Source of the DNA: Candidatus Dormiibacterota bacterium | GTDB lineage: Bacteria > Chloroflexota > Dormibacteria > Aeolococcales > Bog-877 | Direction of reading: 5' to 3' | NCBI GenBank assembly: GCA_035534915.1 | Contig: DATLQZ010000074.1 | Coordinates: 6,167 to 70,166, forward strand | DNA: 64,000 bases | In this document: positions 18,187-27,997 of the stretch, piece after piece | Layout of the letters: every line of letters starts with the position of its first letter | Numbering within the stretch: the stretch's first letter is position 1 | Translations under genes and position numbers: made by a program | The notes under the pieces: model-generated | Seen by the model: the letters and a program-made list of their open reading frames with translations, nothing else | Databases searched by the model: none | What the model was told of the DNA's origin: nothing

Positions 18187-19113
18187 GTGACCGTCACGGC
18201 AGACCGCGGTGTAATCGCCTTCCTGCTCAATCTGAAGGAGTCCCCGGGATCTACTCCGCTGCGGGAGGCGATGGCGGTTGCTGAAGCCGCTGGTTTCCGG
18301 ACGGTTGTCGGCCAGGCGGAGCCAGAGTTGGAGATCCTGCCGTACCTGGCGGACCTTCGACTGCTGGTTTCGATCGGCGGAGACGGCACCCTTCTTTACG
18401 CCGCTCGCCTGGTCGAGGAGGTCGGTATTCCGGTGTTGGGAGTCAACCGGGGACACCTGGGGTTCCTGGCCAATGTTGAGCTGCCGGACCTTCCGGCGGC
18501 AATCGATAGCTTTGCCGCGAACCGGTGTCAGCTGCAGCGCCGCCGTACCCTGAGCGGCTCTCTCACTCCAACCCCTGGCGGCCAAGTGCAGCGGGAGCTC
18601 CGCGTGGCTGTCAATGAAGTTGTGATCAAGGCCGACGCGTTCAATCTGGTGCGCCTCAGGGTTAGGACCGGGGCGTTGTTGGTGGGGGACTTTGACGCTG
18701 ATGGCCTCATCGTTGCCACCAGCATTGGCTCCACCGCCTACTCGCTCTCGGCCGGCGGTCCGCCCGTCGATCCGGGGGTGCCGGCCTTGGTCGTGACGGC
18801 CATAAACCCTCACGCCCTGCTGAGCCGGTCCCTGGTGATCCCTGACAGCTGGGAGGTCCGGGTGCAACTGCTGCGGGGCCGGGCGGTGGTGGCCGCTGAT
18901 GGGCGAGCGTGGGCCGAGATGGCCGAAGGGGGCGAGATGCTGGTCGCCCCGGGGCCCACTCTCGACTTCTGCGAGCCGCCCGGGACTCCAGACTTCTTCT
19001 GGCGGCTACGCTCGAAGACCGGCTTTGGAAGAGTCCTCAAGCTCCCCTACGACGACTTCCCCCCTCCCTCCTTTGAGGACGACCGTACACCGTATGCGGG
19101 CCCTCGGACCTGA
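18187..19113 (+). CDS. nadK: NAD+ kinase
   Basis: 308 aa with VSIGGDGTLLYAAR (GGDG motif), GVNRGHLGFLA and DGLIVATSIGSTAYSLSAGGP. It has a Pro-rich C-terminal tail. Confidence 0.9.
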   Translation: MTVTADRGVIAFLLNLKESPGSTPLREAMAVAEAAGFRTVVGQAEPELEILPYLADLRLLVSIGGDGTLLYAARLVEEVGIPVLGVNRGHLGFLANVELPDLPAAIDSFAANRCQLQRRRTLSGSLTPTPGGQVQRELRVAVNEVVIKADAFNLVRLRVRTGALLVGDFDADGLIVATSIGSTAYSLSAGGPPVDPGVPALVVTAINPHALLSRSLVIPDSWEVRVQLLRGRAVVAADGRAWAEMAEGGEMLVAPGPTLDFCEPPGTPDFFWRLRSKTGFGRVLKLPYDDFPPPSFEDDRTPYAGPRT

Positions 19114-19115
19114 AC

Positions 19116-20837
19116 TTGCTACTGGAGCTCAGGATCGAGAATTTGGCGGTGATGGAGCGGGCCTCGGCCACCTTCGGACCGGGCCTCAACGCCGTAACTG
19201 GAGAGACGGGTGCCGGCAAGTCGGTTTTGCTGGCTGCACTCGCCCTCGCTCTGGGTGGGCGCTCCGATCCCGCTCTGGTCAGGGCCGGGTCTGAGCGAGG
19301 ACTGGCCACGGCGGTCTTCTCCGACGGAATGCCCCTCGACCTGCTGACCGGTCTCGGAGTCGCCCAGGATGATGTCCTGGTTGTGAGCAGAGAGCTCGTG
19401 GGTACGGGCCGGAGCACGGCTCGCATCAACGCTGGAGTGGTCCCAGCCACTGCGGTTCGAGAGCTCGGGGAGAGGCTTCTCGAGATTCACGGGCAGGGCT
19501 CGTCCAGCCGGTGGTTGCGGGAGTCAGAGCAGCGCGCCGGGCTGGACGAGTATGGAGGCGAGCCGCTTTGTGCGGTCCAGGAGGAGGTCGCCGCCAGCTA
19601 CGATCGTCGCCAAGCGCTGCTTACGGCGCTGGGTCGGTTGCGGGGCCTCCGTGACGTGGAGGGGCAGGAGTTGGAGAGGGCGGAGCTGGACCTAGACGAG
19701 TTGGGGAAGGCAGCCTTGCGGATTGGAGAAGACGACGAATTACGGACCGAGCGTATCCGTCTGGCCAATTCCTCGCGCCTTCGAGCAGCAGCGGAGCAGC
19801 TCCGCCACGCGGTCGGCGGAGATTCCCTGGGGGATGCCGAGGTGGGTCAGCAGCTGGCCCAGGCCCTTCAGGCAGCCAGGCAGGTCCAGGGCATAGACCA
19901 AGAGCTCGACGCCGCCGCCGCCCAAGCCCAAGAGATCGCCGTGGTTCTGCAGGAGCTATCGCTGCAGATGGGGTCGTACCTGGACCATCTTCCCGACGAT
20001 GGCGCCAGGTTGGCAGAGGTCGAGGAGCGGTTGGCGGTCTTGGAGCGTCTAGCCCGGCGGCACGGGGGATCCCTTGCAGCCGCGATCCGCCGGCGAGATG
20101 GGGCTGCGGCGATGCTCGGAGAACGCGGTGGTCTGGCGGCCGAGGTCAGCGCGCTCGAGACCGAGTTGGAACGGCTGGAAAAGGTGCTCAGCACCGCCTG
20201 CTCTACCCTTTCCAGCCTGCGCACCGAGGTCGCCCAGGGCTTCCAGGCTGCGGTCACCTCAGATCTGCGCAGGATGCTTATGCCGCATGCCATCTTCTCC
20301 ATTCGGATCTGGCAGCGGCCCTCCGAGGAGGGAGTCAGGGGGCCCGACGGCGCCCGGGTGGAGTGTTCCCGGCACGGTTGGGATCGGATCGCGTTCGAAC
20401 TTGCGCCCAACGTTGGAGACCAGCCCCGTGCACTGGGAGACTCGGCCTCGGGTGGTGAGGTGGCCCGGGTCGCGCTGGCCCTTCTGGCCCATCTCAGTCA
20501 CCGTTCCGGCGTCGGTACTGTGGTCTTTGATGAGGTGGATCAGGGACTAGGGGGAGAGGCCGCCAATCGGGTCGGCGAGCTTCTGTTGTCAGTCGCGGAG
20601 CGCCGACAGGTGATATGTGTGACCCACCTTGCCCCCATCGCAGCTCGGGCCCAGACCCACCTCAAGGTGGCTAAATCAGAGGTCGGCGCGGTGGTGTGCA
20701 GTCAGGTCAGCATCCTCGATCGCGACCAGCGGATTGAAGAGTTGGCCAGGCTGCTGGCCGGTGAGGCGACCCCACTTGCCGCTCGGGCCCATGCCGCTGA
20801 GCTGCTGACGTCCGTGGGTGGGGGCGGCCCGTGGTGA
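19116..20837 (+). CDS. recN: DNA repair protein RecN
   Basis: 573 aa from TTG 19116. It has Walker A GETGAGKS, a long coiled-coil middle, VVFDEVDQGLGG and VTHLAPIAARA. Confidence 0.92.
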   Translation: MLLELRIENLAVMERASATFGPGLNAVTGETGAGKSVLLAALALALGGRSDPALVRAGSERGLATAVFSDGMPLDLLTGLGVAQDDVLVVSRELVGTGRSTARINAGVVPATAVRELGERLLEIHGQGSSSRWLRESEQRAGLDEYGGEPLCAVQEEVAASYDRRQALLTALGRLRGLRDVEGQELERAELDLDELGKAALRIGEDDELRTERIRLANSSRLRAAAEQLRHAVGGDSLGDAEVGQQLAQALQAARQVQGIDQELDAAAAQAQEIAVVLQELSLQMGSYLDHLPDDGARLAEVEERLAVLERLARRHGGSLAAAIRRRDGAAAMLGERGGLAAEVSALETELERLEKVLSTACSTLSSLRTEVAQGFQAAVTSDLRRMLMPHAIFSIRIWQRPSEEGVRGPDGARVECSRHGWDRIAFELAPNVGDQPRALGDSASGGEVARVALALLAHLSHRSGVGTVVFDEVDQGLGGEAANRVGELLLSVAERRQVICVTHLAPIAARAQTHLKVAKSEVGAVVCSQVSILDRDQRIEELARLLAGEATPLAARAHAAELLTSVGGGGPW

Positions 20838-21544
20838 CGGGCACTGACGCGCGGGATCGCCTCGACAGGCTTGGGGAGATGGTCGCGAGGGCTCAACGGG
20901 GCGACCTCGAGCTTGGCGACGTGCGGCTGTCCGATATCAGCCGGGAGCTGCGTGAGCAGGTGCTGGAATGGTCGGGCGAGCTGGACCTGCTGTGGGCGGC
21001 GGAGTCGCTGCAGTTGCTCACCAAGCTCTTGGAAATCAAGATGGGTCGCCGACTGGACGAGCTCAGCGATGAGAGTCTCACCGCCCCGGTGCTGGTGGAA
21101 GACGAACCGGATCCCGGGGCCAGGCTTGAGGAGTACCGGATGTTCAAGGCGGCTGCGGGAGTCCTGCTCTCCGACGCCAGCGCCGGGCCGCGAGCGTTCC
21201 TTCGTGTGCTCGGAGTGCCCGTCGAGCCGCGGGCGACCCTGAGCCTCAGCCCTGAAGCGCTCGCCTCTGCGTTCGGAGAGCTACTGGCGCGCCTGCCCGA
21301 GGCGGATGAGCTTCAGTTCACTCTCCCCAGGTACTCGGTGGACGAGAAGGTCGCCGAGCTACGCAAGCTGCTCGAGCCAGGGGGACAGCTGCGCTTCGAC
21401 GAGGTCTTCAGGTCGGCGCGGGATCGCATGGAAGCGGTGGCACTCTTCCTGGCACTGTTGGAGCTGGTCTGGAACGGCCACGCCTCCTGCACGCAGACGG
21501 GACTGAACGGCCCCATCCTGGTGGAACGCGCCAATGGTGGCTGA
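20831..21544 (+). CDS. scpA: segregation and condensation protein A (kleisin)
   Basis: 237 aa with ScpA-like N-terminal and C-terminal winged-helix segments (ALFLALLELV). It overlaps the recN stop and the scpB start, giving the conserved scpA-scpB pairing. Confidence 0.85.
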   Translation: MVTGTDARDRLDRLGEMVARAQRGDLELGDVRLSDISRELREQVLEWSGELDLLWAAESLQLLTKLLEIKMGRRLDELSDESLTAPVLVEDEPDPGARLEEYRMFKAAAGVLLSDASAGPRAFLRVLGVPVEPRATLSLSPEALASAFGELLARLPEADELQFTLPRYSVDEKVAELRKLLEPGGQLRFDEVFRSARDRMEAVALFLALLELVWNGHASCTQTGLNGPILVERANGG

Positions 21545-22109
21545 GCGCGCCTCAGCGGAGCACATGGCCCAAGCCTTGCTGGCAGTCCTGTTTGTCCGTG
21601 CAGAGCCGATCTCACTTGCCGAGTTGGTTGGTGCCCTCGACTCGTCGGCGGACCAAGTGGTGAGCGCTGCGTCGCTGGCAGCGCTCCTACTGGAGGGCAC
21701 CGGCCTCATGCTTCAGGACCACCTCGGGGAGTTGCAGCTGGTGAGTCATCCGCATGTCGCCTGGGCGGTGGAGCGGGCATTACGACCGGAGGTGGCGAGT
21801 CGGCTCTCCCGGCCCGCCCTGGAGACACTGGCGATAGTTGCCTACCGCCAGCCGATCTCCCGAGCCGCCATAGAGGCGATCCGTGGGGTGAATTGCGATG
21901 CCGTCATCGAGCGCCTTCTTCGCCATGATCTGGTGGCCGAAGTCGGCCGCTCTGAAGGCCCGGGCCGCGCCCATCTGTTCGGGACCACGATGCGCTTCCT
22001 GCAGGTCGCCGGCATCGCCAGGATCGAGGACCTGCCGCCCCTTCCATCCGGAGAAGATGGTGGTTGGCTCACCCGGGCGGCCGAGGCGGGGAGACCAAAT
22101 GCCGACTGA
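21534..22109 (+). CDS. scpB: segregation and condensation protein B
   Basis: 191 aa. ALLAVLFVRAEPISLAEL and ALETLAIVAYRQPISRAAIEAIRGV are the two ScpB winged-helix repeats. Confidence 0.85.
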   Translation: MVAERASAEHMAQALLAVLFVRAEPISLAELVGALDSSADQVVSAASLAALLLEGTGLMLQDHLGELQLVSHPHVAWAVERALRPEVASRLSRPALETLAIVAYRQPISRAAIEAIRGVNCDAVIERLLRHDLVAEVGRSEGPGRAHLFGTTMRFLQVAGIARIEDLPPLPSGEDGGWLTRAAEAGRPNAD

Positions 22110-22827
22110 ACGGCTCGGGCGCTTCCTAGCGCGCTCAGGGGTGGCGTCGCGGCGCGGAGCGGACCGCCTCCTCGGCGAGGGCCGGGTTTCGGTGAACGGC
22201 CGCATCGCCCCTCCTCATGGGCTCCTGGTGGACCCGGCGTTCGACCTGATTGCGGTTGACGGCCGGCAACTACCAAGGGGGTTGGCGCCGCGCCGCTACC
22301 TGGCGCTGAACAAACCGATGGGGGTCGTCTCAACCGTTCGGGACCCAGGAGGCCGCCAGACGGTGATGGACCTGGTCCAGGAGGCTGCCGGGCTGTTTCC
22401 GGTGGGCCGGCTGGATGTGGACTCCAGGGGGCTGATCCTGCTCACAGATGATGGCGACCTGGCACTTCGTCTCACCCACCCTCGCTATGGAGTCCCAAAG
22501 CGCTACCGGCTCACCGTCCTCGGCTCCGTCTCCCGGCGGCAGTTCGAGCAGCTTCGTGAGGGCCCCATCCTCGACGACGGGCCGACGCATCCGCTGGCAG
22601 TAGGGGTATCCCGCCAGAGCTCTCGGCGGACGGTGCTGGATGTGACGCTGGCCGAGGGACGACATCGGGAGCTTAGGCGGATGTGCTCAGTTGTGGGCTT
22701 GGCCCTGACGGATCTGGTTCGGGTCGAGATCGCCGGAGTCAGACTGGGAACTCAGCCAGAGGGCTCGGTCCGGGAGCTGAGCGCATCCGAGGTCCAAAGA
22801 CTCCAGGGGGCGGTGGCGTCGAAGTGA
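22099..22827 (+). CDS. rluB: 23S rRNA pseudouridine synthase, RsuA/RluB family
   Basis: ATG 22099 (the track start 21898 is inside scpB). 242 aa with an S4 domain (ERLGRFLARSGVASRRGADRLLGEGRVSVNG) and the catalytic motif GRLDVDSRGLILLTDDG. Confidence 0.88.
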   Translation: MPTERLGRFLARSGVASRRGADRLLGEGRVSVNGRIAPPHGLLVDPAFDLIAVDGRQLPRGLAPRRYLALNKPMGVVSTVRDPGGRQTVMDLVQEAAGLFPVGRLDVDSRGLILLTDDGDLALRLTHPRYGVPKRYRLTVLGSVSRRQFEQLREGPILDDGPTHPLAVGVSRQSSRRTVLDVTLAEGRHRELRRMCSVVGLALTDLVRVEIAGVRLGTQPEGSVRELSASEVQRLQGAVASK

Positions 22828-23507
22828 CCGCGCCGACCGTGGTGACCATCGACGGCCCAGCTGGGGTAGGGAAGACCACCGTGGGGCGAATGCTTGCCGA
22901 GGAGCTGGATCTGCCCTTTGTCGATACGGGCATCTTCTATCGAGCCTTGGCGGTCGCCGCCGCCGCGGCGCATGTCGGCCCAGAGGATCCTCAGCACCTG
23001 GCCGAACTGGCCACGGGATTCAGAGTGGAGGTCAACACCGATCCCAGAGGCGGGGACTGGCGCGCGAGGGTGGATGGCCGATCGCTGGATCTGGAGCTGT
23101 GGGATCCTCGACTGGCGACCTTGCTCGCACGGATCGCCAGCCTGGGCCCGGTGCGGGCGGCGTTGCTGGCCAGGCAACAAGAGGCCGGCGCCCGCGGAGC
23201 GGTGGCGGTCGGGCGCGACACCGGAACGGTGGTGTTTCCCGAGGCTGTCTGCAAGTTCTATCTGGACGCTCCTCCCGCAGTGCGGCTGCAGCGCCGCCGT
23301 GCGGAGCTTGCCAGCCGAGGGGTCGACACCCCGGACGAGCTCCTGCTGGAGGAGGTCGTGGGCCGGGATCGGCGAGATTGCACGAGGGAGTACAGCCCAC
23401 TGGCGGTTGCCGAAGGGGCGATAAGGGTGGAGACCGGGGACATCTCCGCCGCCGAGGTCGTGGCTGAGCTGCGTGCCGACTGCATGCGACGCTTGCGCAC
23501 TGCTTGA
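22824..23507 (+). CDS. cmk: cytidylate kinase
   Basis: GTG 22824 overlaps the rluB stop (GTGA). 227 aa with P-loop IDGPAGVGKTTV, DTGIFYRAL and GRDTGTVVFP. Confidence 0.9.
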   Translation: MTAPTVVTIDGPAGVGKTTVGRMLAEELDLPFVDTGIFYRALAVAAAAAHVGPEDPQHLAELATGFRVEVNTDPRGGDWRARVDGRSLDLELWDPRLATLLARIASLGPVRAALLARQQEAGARGAVAVGRDTGTVVFPEAVCKFYLDAPPAVRLQRRRAELASRGVDTPDELLLEEVVGRDRRDCTREYSPLAVAEGAIRVETGDISAAEVVAELRADCMRRLRTA

Positions 23508-23550
23508 TTGTGACCAGCTAGGGCACTTGTGGATAAGGTTTCAGTAGCCT

Positions 23551-26301
23551 ATGACTGCAATCAGCGCTCGCCCTAGCAGCTACGTGTCCTTCGACCTGGA
23601 GACCACGGGGCTCTCATCGAGGTCTGACCGCATCATCGAAGTCGGGGCGGTGAAGTTCACCGAGGCTGGGGTGATCGAGACCTTCTCGACGTTGGCCGAC
23701 CCCGGCCAGCCTGTGCCGCTCGTAGTTCAGCGGCTCTGCGGGTTGCATGACTCTGATCTCGTCGGGCAGCCCAAACCGGAGGAGGTCGTTGCCCAACTGG
23801 CCGACTTCTGTGAGGGATCGGTGCTGGTCGGGCACGGGGTGGGCTTCGACCTCGCCTTCTGCTCGGAGATTCTGCCGGAGAGCTTCGCCCATCGGCCAGC
23901 AATCGACACCTCGGAGCTCGCCCGGGTCTTCATGCCGTCGGCGCCCAGTCACAGCTTGGAGCAGTTGAGCCAAGAGCTCGGGCTTTCGCACGATCGACCC
24001 CACCGCGCCCTTTCCGACGCCGACGCCACCCGGCTTCTGCTCTGGAGAATTCAGCGGCTAGTGGACCAGTTTCCGGTCGAGCTGAGGCGGCGCATCCAGG
24101 AGCTGTGCAGAGGAGGGTCATGGACTGGTGGTCGGTTCCTCGCCGACCACCTGGAGCTGTCGAAGGGCCAGCCGTCCTCGGCTGAGTTGGCTGTGTCAGT
24201 AGGGCAGATGGCCTCGGCTCCCGGGCCCGAGCCATCCCCCTCGGAGGAGCTGGATGCCACGTTTGTGGCCAAGGCCTTCGCCGCTGGCGGGTTGCTCGCG
24301 GCGGCGGACCCAGGCTTCGAGCTTCGCGAGGAGCAGCAACAGATGGCGGTGGCGGTGACGCAAGCCTTCCAGAGGAGTCAGGAGCTATTGGTGGAGGCCG
24401 GAACCGGGGTGGGAAAGTCCATGGCCTATCTGCTGCCAGCTCGCGAGTGGGCGGCTCGCCGATCCGAGCCCGTGGTGATCTCCACCCACACCATAACCCT
24501 GCAGGAGCAGCTCATGGCCAAGGACCTGCCAGCGTTGGCGGCGGCGAGGCCGCTGCCGGTAGTCGCTGCCGTTCTCAAGGGGCGGGGCAACTATCTCAGC
24601 TTGAGACGGTTGGAGCGTTGGGTGCGCTCGACCTCGACGGGCAGTCGCCGGCAGGACGCCGACGAGCTGCGATTCAAGGTGCGGGCTCTGGTCTGGGCCC
24701 ATCAGACCAAGACCGGTGACCGCTCTGAGCTGCGCCTGGCAGGCAGGGACAGCGAATACTGGGAGATGGTTGGCTCCCAGGTGGATGATTGCCTCGGTCC
24801 CGCCTGCCACAACTGGCGCGACCGGACCTGCTTCATGGCGCGGGCCCGGTTGCAGGCCCGCGAGGCGGATTTGCTGGTGGTGAATCATGCCCTGCTTCTG
24901 ACCGATGCCGACAGCGGCGGCACGGTGCTGCCGGAGTTCCATCGGTTGATCGTGGATGAGGCGCATCACCTCGAGGAGGCGGCGACCCAGGCGCAGGGAA
25001 AGCGCCTCGCTCTGGGAGCGGTATTGGCGGTGATCGATCGTCTGCCCGACCTCGGGGACAAGGAGTGCGGGCAAGCGTTGAAGTCTGCTCGGCAGGCGGC
25101 GGTCGCCGCCTTCGGCGACCTGCGCAACCTGGCGGGAGCCGATCCCGGCCGTCGCCCTGGGCACGCTGTCTTCAATCCCAAGCTGGTCGGCAACCTCGCG
25201 TGGCCTCGGACGGCGAGGTCGCTGCAGCGCATGGTCCGGACCCTGGACGCGGCGGCCTCCGCCCTGAAGTCGGTTGGTGAGCTCGGGACGGGACAGGTAG
25301 CGCTGTGGCCGCAGCCGGACAACGCCAGCCGCGAGTGCCTGGTGGCGGGGGACGCCATGGCTGGGATGGCAAAGCTGGCGGCGGCGGCGCTGGCCGCGGC
25401 TGGGTCCGAGGAGCCCAGCAGTCAGGTCGCTTGGGTGGAGATCGAGCGAGGCGATCGAGCGGTGGTGCGGACCGCTCCGATCGAGGTCGCGGACTCCTTG
25501 CGCCGCCAACTCTTCGATTCCTGCGAGACGGTGGTCCTAACTTCCGCCACGCTGGCGGTCGGGGGTTCCTTCGAGTACGTTCGTGAACGGCTCGGGTTGG
25601 GCGGGGCGGAGGAACTGGTGTTGGACTCACCCTTCGACTATCTCCATCAAGCGCTCTGTTGTCTGCCGCGCGGCATTCCTGGGCATGACGATCCCGGACA
25701 CGCCGCGACCGTGGCGCGGTTGGTGGCGGAGGTGGCTGAGGGCCTCGGAGGTAGGACGCTTGTACTGTTCACCGGATATCAGGCACTTCGGGAGGTCCAT
25801 GGGCAGCTCCGCCACCGACTCCAGAGCCGCGGGATCGCGGTCCTTGGTCAGGGGCTCGATGGCACCCGGAACCAGCTATTGCGCAACTTCCGAAACCACC
25901 CGAGGACCATCCTTCTGGGCACCAACAGCTTCTGGGAGGGCATCGACTTGCCGGGTGATGTGTTGCAGTGCGTGGTGATCGACAAGCTACCGTTCCCAGT
26001 CCCGACGGACCCAATCTTTCAGGCACGCTCCCGCGGCCGAACTGATGCCTTTGCCCAACTCTCGCTGCCTGAGGCGGTCTTGCGGCTCAAGCAGGGCTTC
26101 GGACGGCTGGTCAGAGGTCACGGCGACCGCGGCGCGGTGGTCATCTGTGACCCCCGGATTCTGGAGCGGCGTTATGGGCAGACCTTTGTGCAGGCGCTCC
26201 CTCATGCGACCTTCAACTACGACCCTGTCGAGGAGGTTGCCGCGGCGGTCACCGCATTCCTGGAGCTTCCCTCGTCTCCAGCCACTACCAAGGTCGGCTG
26301 A
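23551..26301 (+). CDS. dinG: DnaQ-like 3'-5' exonuclease fused to DinG/XPD-family helicase
   Basis: 916 aa. The N-terminal DEDDh motifs are VSFDLETTG, HGVGFDLAF and HRALSDADAT. The helicase core has Walker A EAGTGVGKS and DEAH-box LIVDEAHHLEEA, with C-terminal motifs VLFTGY and GTNSFWEGID. Confidence 0.88.
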   Translation: MTAISARPSSYVSFDLETTGLSSRSDRIIEVGAVKFTEAGVIETFSTLADPGQPVPLVVQRLCGLHDSDLVGQPKPEEVVAQLADFCEGSVLVGHGVGFDLAFCSEILPESFAHRPAIDTSELARVFMPSAPSHSLEQLSQELGLSHDRPHRALSDADATRLLLWRIQRLVDQFPVELRRRIQELCRGGSWTGGRFLADHLELSKGQPSSAELAVSVGQMASAPGPEPSPSEELDATFVAKAFAAGGLLAAADPGFELREEQQQMAVAVTQAFQRSQELLVEAGTGVGKSMAYLLPAREWAARRSEPVVISTHTITLQEQLMAKDLPALAAARPLPVVAAVLKGRGNYLSLRRLERWVRSTSTGSRRQDADELRFKVRALVWAHQTKTGDRSELRLAGRDSEYWEMVGSQVDDCLGPACHNWRDRTCFMARARLQAREADLLVVNHALLLTDADSGGTVLPEFHRLIVDEAHHLEEAATQAQGKRLALGAVLAVIDRLPDLGDKECGQALKSARQAAVAAFGDLRNLAGADPGRRPGHAVFNPKLVGNLAWPRTARSLQRMVRTLDAAASALKSVGELGTGQVALWPQPDNASRECLVAGDAMAGMAKLAAAALAAAGSEEPSSQVAWVEIERGDRAVVRTAPIEVADSLRRQLFDSCETVVLTSATLAVGGSFEYVRERLGLGGAEELVLDSPFDYLHQALCCLPRGIPGHDDPGHAATVARLVAEVAEGLGGRTLVLFTGYQALREVHGQLRHRLQSRGIAVLGQGLDGTRNQLLRNFRNHPRTILLGTNSFWEGIDLPGDVLQCVVIDKLPFPVPTDPIFQARSRGRTDAFAQLSLPEAVLRLKQGFGRLVRGHGDRGAVVICDPRILERRYGQTFVQALPHATFNYDPVEEVAAAVTAFLELPSSPATTKVG

Positions 26302-26320
26302 CGTGGCCGCCGAGAGTTCG

Positions 26321-27178
26321 ATGCGCGTCTCCTTAATACAGCATTCGCCTCGATTGGGGGATGTGGGGCACAACCTTGGATGGACTGCGGAGTGCCTGGC
26401 ACAGGAGGCGGCTTTGGGCCAGAATCTGGTGGTCTTTCCGGAGCTCAATCTCTGCGGGTACTTTCTGAAGGACCTCGTCCCTGAGACCGCCATCCGTCTC
26501 GATGGACCGGAGCTCGCACAGCTGGCAAGGGCAGCCGGATCGGCCACGGCGGTGGTGGGAGCTGTCCTTGAGTCTCGTGATCACCTCTTCTTCAACGCGG
26601 CTGTGGTGGTGGGGGCAGAGGGTGTTCTCCACGTCCATCGCAAGGTCTACTTGCCCACCTACGGCATGTTCGACGAGCAGCGTTATCTCGCCCCCGGATC
26701 AGCGCTTGAGACGGTAGATCTGAGGCTTGGCGAAGGAGAAAGCTGGCGGGTGGGAGTCTTGGTCTGTGAGGACCTGTGGCACCCCAGTGCCCCCTACCTC
26801 ATGAGCCGGAGGGGTGTGGACCTAATCGTCTGTCCATCCGCGAGCCCTGGGCGGGGCATCCAGGGCCGCGACTCGGAGTTGGGCACCGCCTCTATATGGA
26901 GCGCGATGACCACGACCTATGCCGCCCTATTCACCGCTTTCGTGGCGTACTGCAACCGGGTCGGATTCGAGGATGGCCACTACTTTTGGGGGGGGAGCCA
27001 GCTGCACGGACCCGACGGCAGCCTGCTCAGCGGTCCCTCTGATGACCAACCCGGGGTCCAGCGAGCGGAGCTGGATCGAGGGCTCTTGAGGTGGGCCCGA
27101 ATCGCCTATCCACTATTGCGGGACGAGCGGCCAGATCTATTGCTGCGGCAGCTTGGAGAAGAGCGTTCCGATGTCTGA
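26321..27178 (+). CDS. carbon-nitrogen hydrolase (nitrilase superfamily), probable glutaminase partner of NadE
   Basis: ATG 26321 (GTG 26303 possible). 285 aa with VVFPELNLCGY (Glu), HRKVYLPTYGMFDE (Lys) and VLVCEDLWHP (Cys). The stop overlaps the nadE start by 8 nt. Confidence 0.8.
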   Translation: MRVSLIQHSPRLGDVGHNLGWTAECLAQEAALGQNLVVFPELNLCGYFLKDLVPETAIRLDGPELAQLARAAGSATAVVGAVLESRDHLFFNAAVVVGAEGVLHVHRKVYLPTYGMFDEQRYLAPGSALETVDLRLGEGESWRVGVLVCEDLWHPSAPYLMSRRGVDLIVCPSASPGRGIQGRDSELGTASIWSAMTTTYAALFTAFVAYCNRVGFEDGHYFWGGSQLHGPDGSLLSGPSDDQPGVQRAELDRGLLRWARIAYPLLRDERPDLLLRQLGEERSDV

Positions 27179-27992
27179 TCTGGAGATCAATCCAACCCTC
27201 GCCTGCCACATCCTGCGACTGTTCATTCGAGATGAGGTCCTGAAGGTGGGCGCCAAGGGAGTGGTGCTCGGTGTCTCGGGAGGAATCGACTCCGCACTTG
27301 CCTTCACCTTGGCGGTGCAGGCGCTGGGGGCTGAGGCGGTGGTCGGGGTAGCTCTTCCGTACCGCCAGAGTTCGCATGAGAGCCTGGCAGATGCCCGAGA
27401 TTTGGCGAGGTCCTTGCAGGCGGAGTTAGCGGTGGTGGACATCACCGCGCAAATTGACGCTTATTTCTCGGACCGGCCGACCAAGGACCAGAATCGGCGT
27501 GGCAACAAGATGGCGCGGGAGCGGATGTCGGTGCTTTACGACATCTCCCAGGCCCGCTCGCTCTTGGTCTTGGGGACCTCGAACAAGTCTGAGCTGTTGC
27601 TTGGATACGGCACCCTGCACGGAGACATGGCGCACGCCCTCAATCCGCTCGGTGACCTCTACAAGACCCAGGTCTACCAGTTAGCCGAGCATCTCCAGCT
27701 GCCGGAAACCCTGCTCAGGAAGCGACCCTCCGCCGACCTCTTCGAAGGCCAGCTGGACGAGGACGACCTCGGCTTCACCTATGCCCAAGCGGATCTAATC
27801 CTCTACCAGATGGTCGACCGGCGGTTGCCGTACGACGAGCTAGCCAAGTTGGGCTATCCGGAAGCGATCGTTTCAGCGGTGATCGAGAGGGTGAGGCGGA
27901 ACCAGTTCAAGCGCCGGCCGCCGCTCATCGCGAAGCTGTCCGCCCGCACCATTGAGATTGACTTTCGCTACCCCCGCGACTGGGGTTGCTGA
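27171..27992 (+). CDS. nadE: NAD+ synthetase (synthetase domain only)
   Basis: ATG 27171. 273 aa with the ATP-pyrophosphatase P-loop VLGVSGGIDSAL and GTSNKSELLLGYGTLHGD. Confidence 0.9.
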   Translation: MSDLEINPTLACHILRLFIRDEVLKVGAKGVVLGVSGGIDSALAFTLAVQALGAEAVVGVALPYRQSSHESLADARDLARSLQAELAVVDITAQIDAYFSDRPTKDQNRRGNKMARERMSVLYDISQARSLLVLGTSNKSELLLGYGTLHGDMAHALNPLGDLYKTQVYQLAEHLQLPETLLRKRPSADLFEGQLDEDDLGFTYAQADLILYQMVDRRLPYDELAKLGYPEAIVSAVIERVRRNQFKRRPPLIAKLSARTIEIDFRYPRDWGC

Positions 27993-27997
27993 AGTCG

